From: the human T2T-CHM13v2.0 reference genome, Homo sapiens
DNA length: 64,000 bases
Reading direction: 5' to 3' (one strand)
Assembly: GCF_009914755.1 (NCBI RefSeq)
Contig: NC_060937.1
Each line of letters starts with the position of its first letter. Position 1 is the first letter of the stretch. The position numbers and the translations under genes are program-made. The notes beneath the pieces were generated by a model. That model was not told where the DNA came from. It searched no databases and saw only the letters and a list, made by a program, of their open reading frames with translations. Of the stretch, positions 55,790 through 64,000 are shown in pieces.

Positions 55790-55992
55790 TTAAAATATTA
55801 ACATTTTATGAATGTTAAATCATTGAATCCTCATAGCTTCTTATGGGTTAGGTATCCTGTAATATTTCCATTTTGCAGATGAGGAAAGTGAGGTGTGGAG
55901 ACATTAAGTAATTTGCATAAGGTCACACAATTTGTTATATGGCCAGTATTCTGACCTAGGAGATCTGGCTCAGAATCTGTGCTCTTAACCAA
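55790..55992 (-). mobile_element. MIR
   Basis: ccattttgcagatgaggaaagtgagg...aaggtcacaca...gctcttaacca. Confidence 0.75.
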
Positions 55993-57584
55993 AAATGCTG
56001 TTAGATTTCAACAATTTCTGTTTTAATGCTTTAAATTGAACAAAATTTTAATGTCATGGAGGGAGGGGAAGGAAGAACATTTTCTGCTCTTCCCTACTCT
56101 CAAATCAGGGCTGGAATATATGTGTAGACTTATATAATGTTTAATTAGAACACTCATGGAGTTCAGCTTACAGTAAACATGTATTTGATTTCCAGCTCTT
56201 TGCAAAATGCAAACAAACTTTGTACTTGTTTGTCTTAGTCTTATGTCTTGGCATACTTTCCCAGATGGCTAAATGAGAACGTAGAAGTTGCAGAAATAAT
56301 CGTTTAGTTGAACGGCTATAAAATTAATAGAGTCTTTCTTCAGTGCCTTCTATCTCTCTTTCCATCTCTCTCTGGTTGAGTGGGGATTAGAAATTGGACT
56401 AATATGAGAAAACCAGGAGTCTGTAAAGTGTCGTATCTGATACTGGCAGCATCCTGCTCTGAATGAGGTTACACAGATTGCATAACTCACAGAGATAGGG
56501 TTCAGGATCGGAAAAGGAGGATTACAACAAATGCTAAATTAAGTTTGTATGTGGAGCATAGAGTTCATTTTAAATCGAGAAATATTCATGGAGAACTGTA
56601 ATATTTTTCATCTAACATCTAAGAACTAGAATCATAGTATCAAAACTTAAGTGAAACAACTCTGATTTTTTTTTTTAGTAAAGTGAACCTGAAAAGTATA
56701 TGCAATTTTCCCTGCATATGTCTGGAAATTTAGTTGTGGAGATACACAGTACATGTGATAAAATATTAAACAGAGGGGGACATTGTTTAAAATTACTAAT
56801 TATTAACATGTCAGTTAATGATGTGGATTAAATACTTAAAATAGAGAAAAAACTATGCACATTGTTAAACTTTGGATATTCCTCTTTATTACAGTTGTGC
56901 AAGCCACTGATTATTATTCCATTTGGTTAGGGCATTAGAACTGGAGAACTAGCACACAATTTTAGGGTGGAACTAATCAAATCAACCCTTTAGTACAAAA
57001 TCTAGATGTACTTTCGTTAGGGCTTTTGAATGTGGGACCAGAAGCGAAAGAGTCAGATTCTAATCACCTGGGTTAGGACTTGGCCCAAGCATCTGGCCCA
57101 TGTGTATCCGCCAAAGCAAGAAGGGCCAGGAGCAGTGAGATTTTCATTTAGATCCCATTTAAGAGCAGGGTTTTTAAAATTAGCTTGGACTTCCCTTTAG
57201 GTTGGGTGCTTGGGAAATGCCACTGCTGTGACTGTCAGAGGCTCACTCTTCACGTTGTATGAATTTGTAGAGGACTTTAGAGCTCGTCCATATGTCACTC
57301 GATCCCAGGTGGTCCGGAGACGTAGCAATGTGACCAGGGTGAAGTAGAGAACTGATGAATTCCCTTGGAAGAGGAATTTTCCAGCACCCAATAGTGATGG
57401 ATGCTCCTTACAGCTCCAGCAAGAGGCACACAGTCTTCATTTAGGAAAGCTATGATGCCGTAATGTTACATTCACCATTTACCTAATATTCTTCATGATC
57501 TCTGAGGTTTTTCTGGGTCTTATCCATTCTCCTGGGCCAGTCTATACATTTTGGTCTTGAGGAAAGCTTCAGTTAAATAAAAAA

Positions 57585-57780
57585 GCATGGGGTTTGGAAT
57601 CAGGGTGACCTTGTCACCATCACCATCTGCTCTGTGATTTGGGGCAAATGGTCCTTCTTGGGCATCAGTGTCTTCATCTGTAAAATGCACTGAGAAGGTG
57701 GACACCCAGGGTAGTTTAGAGGATGAAGTAGCTGGGGTGTGCGTGGTGCCCGTGTTCAGTGGTGTTTAATAAGCACGCAG
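57585..57780 (+). mobile_element. MIR
   Basis: ctgtgatttggggcaa...catcagtgtcttcatctgtaaaatg. Confidence 0.65.
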
Positions 57781-58093
57781 GCTTCTCCACCACTTGCCCA
57801 GCAGCGGCCCCAGTGCTCTCTTGTGACCTGAGAGCTCTGGCACAGACCTCCAGGGGGAGGCCAGGGAGGAGAAGCTGATCTCCTTCCTTTGAGGCCTTTT
57901 TCTCAGCCACAGAGAAAAAGAGTGGCTGAGGAGAGGTGCCCAGTGACCACAGTCCAGGAATGAGAGCATTCCTTTCCTTCCCAAATGCTGCCTCTTTCCC
58001 CTCATTAGTTCACTGACCTTTTAACCCAGCCCCCTTTCCTTTAAAAAATAGTTGCATTAAAGATGAAAAACATATTTTAAAATGTAGTCATTG

Positions 58094-58984
58094 TGCAAAC
58101 CAAAAATAAAATCCTAAGCACCCCCATGGAACGGACCCTCTCTTGACCAAGGGGATCCCAGAGAAACCCAAAAAACTGAATTCCAGGCCATAAGGGAAGG
58201 CAGGTTGGATGTGCCTCCTCATACCTCCTCCTTTTTGGAGTTTAGGCACAACTGACCAGCATTAACATTAAAATGGAAATCATAAGACAGAAAAAACAGA
58301 GTCTTTTTGGCAAGAAGATACCAAATTCCTACCTGACTCTGGTGTAGTGTCATATGACAGATGGCAGACCCTGAAGGATATAAAAATATTTTTCCCAAGA
58401 TATATTTCTTTGATGTATTTTAAAATGGTACTGCAAAGTTGTCTTTTGAGGAGGAAATTTGCATCTGTAGAGAATCTCTATGAATGAAACCAGGCCTTTC
58501 CCAGATCTAGGAGAGATTAACTGAGTCTGACGCCTTTTAAAGCCTGAAAAGAAACCTTTTCCATTTATTCTCTCTGAAGGCTGCTACCTGGAGGCTTCCT
58601 CTACATAACAAGAATCTTGGCTTCCACTCTCCCTTATCTTAATTAAACCATTTCTTTCTACTGACTTCAAGTCTTTATACAAAGCTTAACTCTTTCAACC
58701 AATGGCCCAACAGAAAATCTTTGAATCCACCTCCACCTGCAAGCCCCCACTTTGAGATGTCCTGTCTCTTCAGGCTGAACCAATGTATATCTTACATGTA
58801 TTGATTTATGTCTTTGCTTATAACCTCTATCTCCCTAAAATGTATAAAACCATACTCTAACCCAACTACCTCAGGCACACTTTCTCAGGACTTCTTGAGA
58901 CTGTTCCCTGGGCCATGGTCACTCATATTGGCTCTGAATAAACCTCTTTAGATATTTTACAGAGTTTACTTTCCTTCACCAACA
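58094..58984 (+). mobile_element. MER4-family (MER4D-like) ERV1 solo LTR
   Basis: tgcaaaccaaaaataaaatcctaag start; tgtataaaac TATA-like; ggtcactcatattggctctgaataaacctc poly(A) region; ends caaca. Confidence 0.85.
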
Positions 58985-59619
58985 ATAGACAGACATAAAA
59001 ACATGGGAAGATCCAGAGCTTCCTCCCACCTCCGAGCCACGGCATGCAGGGCACTGTATTTCATGTGTGTCAAGGATCGCAGTTGGAGCACGTCGTTCAC
59101 TCAGGGACTCAGGTGTGGCTGGGCTGGCCTGCGGGGGCTGTGGTGGGTCTGTTGGGAGCTGTTTTCCAGAGGACATGTGGAAAGCATGTGTGCTGCTGTG
59201 AAAGGGAAGCTGACTTCACATCCATGCAGGGTTGTGTTATTCCTAGTGTGCACCAGGTGTCTGGGGTGGGGGGGCAGGGAGCAGAGTATGCCTTTATTCC
59301 CTGCCAGCAGGTCTGGTGGCTTCTCCTGACATAAGAGATGATGGATCCCAGCAGCTCGGTAGCCTTGGAGGGTGACCCCTTGAAGGGGACTTCACTGCCC
59401 TCACAAGGGACAGCTTTTGTACACACAGCAGGCCCATCTCCCCCATGGTGAGGTCTGTGGTGCTGAAACCACCTCTGCAGGGTTGACAGGAACTGCATGC
59501 TGGGTTCTGTCTGGGTGGAAATAGAGTTATAATTCAGCATGAGCCAGGCTGCACCGTGGCCCACTTCCTTGTGTCCACAAGTCTGAGCGTTTGTGTTCCC
59601 ATTGTTCCTTCAGACAGCA

Positions 59620-59985
59620 GCTCTGACGTTGGAATCATAAGGCTTTTGTTTAAGGATCGCTTAAGAGGTTTTTCAGACCTCAAATTCCAGAAACCAATTT
59701 GAGGACCTCCACGGAGGAATAGGATCAGCATGAGGATAAAACGCCTTCCTCTCTCCCTGCCCCCTGACTTCACCCTGCACTCTTCCACCAGTCAAGAATC
59801 TCCACACTTTGGCCCCATTCAAAACCCATAAAAACCCTAACCCCAAATTCCTCAGGGAGATGGATTTGAGGTTCCTTCTCATCACCTTGTTCATTGACCC
59901 TACGATTAAACCTGTTTTTTGCTGCGAACTGGTGTCTTGGCACACTGACTTGCTGTGTGCATCAGGCAGCTAATCTATTATGCTT
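59620..59985 (+). mobile_element. ERV1-class LTR fragment (LTR8/LTR26-like)
   Basis: aaaaaccctaaccccaaattcctcagggagatggatttgag...attaaacct. Confidence 0.6.
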
Positions 59986-61789
59986 GCAGTGCCCCAGCAG
60001 GGCAGTGTCTTCCTAGCTCCCATGGCACCGGCTGCTCTGTGGGCTCCACAGCCCTCAGCAGATGTCATGGAAAGGACAGATACCGTGGGGTCATGAGGAG
60101 GAATTGACACTTTTTGAAAGGGGACAGATTGGAAGAGAAATTGGGGGTCCTGGGATGGTGAGTGTGGGCAAAGTTTGAGAATGTCTGTGTCTGACCATCC
60201 AGAGACCCAAGACTTGCCTGTGGGCTGGGCTGGGCTGGCCTGGGAAGCCCAGGTTGTATTTATGAGTGCATTGTGCATTTATGTACCCATTTATATCGAG
60301 GAAGCCACAGAGGGACACTGATGGACAGGAAGTTGACGAAAATTGTAGATGTGACTATGTAACCCAAAAACTCAGAAAAAAAGAGACAAGAATGATATAT
60401 TTGATAGAAAAATGCAAGCCAGGCTTTAGCACTGGAAATCAACTTAGACCTGTGGCCCAAGGCAGAAGGCACTGTCTTGAGCCAGGGTGAGTGCAGCTGG
60501 GAATGACACAGTGGATTGGGACCTTGGAAACCATAGGAGTCAGTGCCAGCCTGAGTGTGCTGGTGAATATCCCTGGACAGAGAAGCTTAGAGAAACTTGG
60601 GGGCTGCTGAGCCTGGAAGTTGAAGTGTGTGTGTGTCCTTCATATAGAAGACTGGCTGGTTGAATTTTCAAAATAAATTCCACAAATATGTCTTCTTCAT
60701 ATTCTCAAATATCGTAGTTTCTACTCAGATCACACTGGAGAGAAGGAGGAGAAGTGGGAGAAGGAGGAGAGAGAGGATGATGACACACATAGGGAAGTGA
60801 CCTAGGTAATAGGTGCTTAGCAGTCTTAGCAATCAGATCAGCAGAGCTGGGTTGTACATTGACATCACAATTCTTTCTTCATCTGGCTTTTTATGGATTT
60901 ATGAATTCTTATCCATAGCACATTGATAATATTCTAGGTTGGAGTGGGGGACTTTCCCAGACTTCACACCAAGTTGCTAAAACTCCCTTTAAAAACTTCC
61001 TTCTTTTTACAAACGTGGAAACAAAGAAACACACCTAGATAAACAGAGGAATACAAATGCTGTAACAGAGGCCCATAAGCAGGTTGATGGAGCGGTTTTC
61101 TCAATGAATATGTTATGTATTAAGGTCTAGCACTTAATGTAGAGAAAATAGATCGAGAGATGATGGTGACATTTTAAGAGTTCACAACCCCCTCTGATAA
61201 CATACAGATTTTAAAAAGCAATTTTAAACCTAGGAGGAAAGAAAAATATACAAGGAGTATTTGAAACAGAGTCCAGCTTGCAATGCTGCAGGCCAAGAAC
61301 AGTTCATAGCCCCCTGAAGACAGACCCCCCCCCCAAAGCATGCCAACTTAGTGCCAGCAAGCGCCAGGGAACACATTTTGCACAATTGGCCATTGGCTTT
61401 GTTTCTTAAAATGTATTCTTGGCATTTTCCACAGGATGTACTTGGTAGTGAGTGGATGTGTAGACCTTTGAGAGGTGTGGTTATAACCATCTATCTCGCT
61501 GTCTATTGCTCTTTCGGGTATTATGTCACCTGACATCATAGTACCTAAAGTTCAAACCTCCAAAGTAGCTTAGAAGAAAAATGCCAGGAAACTGTTTCCT
61601 TGTACATCCCCAGAGGGAAACTTTAAAGAGAATGTCCTTGCACTGAGTTCCCCGGTTTCTCATAGGAAGAACAAATAAAGGTTGGAACAGCCAGAGTGGG
61701 CCTTCCTCCCCCCATCTTCCTTTGGTAGCAGGTCGTGCCTCGGTTTATTGTAAATTTCTCTGTAGACCTCCACGTGCAACAGTGGGGAG

Positions 61790-62218
61790 TGCCAAGGCAA
61801 GAGCAGAGCCGGACAGCAGTTAACGGGGTAAACACAGTTTATTCAGCATTGCTGCAATACAGAAAAAGAGACCTCTGTGTAAAACTGGGCTCCACTCTGA
61901 ATACCGCATGGGCAAGTGGGGATTCATAGCTAAGGAGCAGGGTGGGTTTGGTGGATGGAAAATCCCGAAGAGGAACCTTCAGGAGTGAGGGGTATCTGGC
62001 TAAACTGACCTCACAGGATTATTGCTGAAGACAGGCCAGGTGACCAGACATCACCTGGGAGATGGTGAGGGTTGAGGAACCTGATTAGGTATTGAGGGCA
62101 AGAGGTTTTGGCTAAACTGCCTTAGTAGGGTTCTTGCTAAAACTGCCTTCTGCAAGGAAGTGCACAGATGGACTTTGCTGGTCTGGGTTCGGGAGCCTGG
62201 CTTAAGTTTGGTCAAGCA
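61790..62218 (-). mobile_element. MER67-like ERV1 LTR
   Basis: Minus strand begins tgcttgaccaaactt...ccatctgtgcacttccttg...ttttagcaagaaccct...tttagccaaaacc. Confidence 0.75.
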
Positions 62219-64000
62219 GTAGTTGTTAATGCAGAAAAAGAAGGCGGCCTTTCGGTGTGCTGAGCACAGTGAGGGAATTATTGCTGGTTTACTCTGGGTT
62301 TTCACATGCTCTTTCATTCCAACAACTGAACTGGTTTTACTTGAGTCGATCTGCAGCCCATCCTGAAATTATTTCAGTAAGTTTTCCTCTGTCTTTGTGT
62401 TTAAAACACAGCAAGCTGCTGACATGGGGTGAGTATCAGGTGAATACTACCTTCTAGAACCTTTGTCGAATCAGTCTGGCCCATCTCCATGCTTTTCATA
62501 AGTTAATTGCTAACTCCCAAAGAAAAAAAATACCATTTCTTACTTTCTGGTCTCTTATCAAACATGCTGAGCACGGCTTGGTTAAGCAGTAACTCTCGCT
62601 ATGCAAGTAAACAGAATTCTCCACCGCACCTCCCTCTTTGTACATGAGAACTTGGGAGAAAATCATCAACAGCTATTAATAATGCACTGAACTGGAAGTG
62701 GTTCAGTTTCTTTAAGACACCTTGAGAATATTTACACGTGTGGAGGACAGAGTGTTTACAAGGGTCCCCGTGAGAACACGGTTATGGGAGGGTGGCTGTC
62801 GGGTCTGGGGGCATTCTCCTGCCAACACCAGGACTTCAGCAACAGGGGGCTGTTCCTTGAGTACAAATCTTAAATTTACATGGAAATTGGCCAACTTTGA
62901 GGTTTCGGAAGTTTTATAAATGGCTGGAATCTCAAGAGCCAGACGTGGTTTTGGGACTCAGTGGTGGGGTGAGGTTTGAACACCATCCGGGCCTTGGCTG
63001 TAGAGAGAGCTGAGAAGCGATGAGCACCCCAGGGCTGTTTCCACACGAGCAGGCGGAGGAGCTGGGCCACTTAAGTAGTGTGATTCAGAAGTTGCCAGAA
63101 AGGTAGCCCCCTGACAGAGAAATAGGCCTCTCTCCTCAAAGATTTACCTCTGAATCTGAATTTTAGATGGAGAGATTTCTACACTTCAGTTTGGGTTTGG
63201 ACTCCAAGGCCTCTCCTTTAAAATGCAAAAAGTCAACTTAAAAGAGGAATGTATTAACATATTAGCACACAGGCCACATACCATGAATTAATGAGTTCAC
63301 CAAATAGACATCACCTGCAGGATCCTGAAGGCCAGGGTGAGGGGCCCTTCTTAACCCTCCCTGTACCACAGCCTGTCTCTGACCCGAGATCCCAGCACTG
63401 CACCCCCACAAGCTCACCTCATCTGAAGGTTTGAGCCCATGGTGATATTTACATCAGGATTGGACTGGGACCTCCAGGAGCCTTAACTGTGGACAGCATT
63501 AGCTGCTCTTCTCCTTCCTCGGCCATAAGAAAATAAAATTCAACTTAGTTCTAAAATGAACATAATGATGGCTTAACCATGTGCAGGCTTTCCCCACAAG
63601 GGAAAATCACTTCTTGTATTTTTTGAAATAGAAAACATGAAATTCTTTCCCAAGCTTTTCTTTTTGTTCCTGTTTTGATAATGTCCCAGGTGCACACTTA
63701 AGATGGAACCCAACCATCTTTTCATTAACACACCACAACCCTGGCTGGGGCCCTCTCCTCACTTCTTGTGCCTTCCCTGTGCCCTTCTTCATGCCACGAG
63801 CCTGGTACTAGGGATGCGCTAGCACACCAAACGTAATCCTTCACCCAGGCCTGGCTTCCAAGTGCTAGACTGACCCTCTCAGAGATCTAGCACTTATGTA
63901 CACTTGAGCGTCCTACCGGCACCTCCGCATCACCAGGTCCAAAACAGAACTTGTGAACTTTTCCACCAAATTCGCTCTTTTTCTTGTTATCTCCATCTAA

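Overview
Primate (human-like) genomic DNA. It holds the end of the last intron, the last coding exon (1527-1772; residues E128-S208) and the ~3 kb 3' UTR of FGF9, followed by ~59 kb of intergenic sequence with no other protein-coding gene I can support. The intergenic part is rich in Alu, L1, L2, MIR, MaLR/ERV LTR and DNA-transposon remnants. Nearly all other ORFs in the track are chance or repeat-derived. Most notable observations: (1) an antisense L1PA 3' end sits in the FGF9 splice-acceptor region and appears to supply the branch point, with a candidate ancestral branch point left upstream; (2) a ~3 kb (CAC/CAT)n trinucleotide array, apparently grown from a MIR tail, has internal 141-bp and 630-bp higher-order duplications and a ~1000-codon poly-Gly/Val frame on the minus strand; (3) a ~220-300 bp diverged direct repeat brackets a 6-kb nested L1 complex; (4) several clear retrotransposition scars are present (twin-primed L1, orphan poly(A) insertion); (5) tandem palindromic Pumilio-type elements lie at the distal end of the FGF9 UTR. 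I found no evidence for a wholly new gene system. Repeat subfamily names come from recognition by eye, not RepeatMasker, and boundaries without TSDs are approximate.
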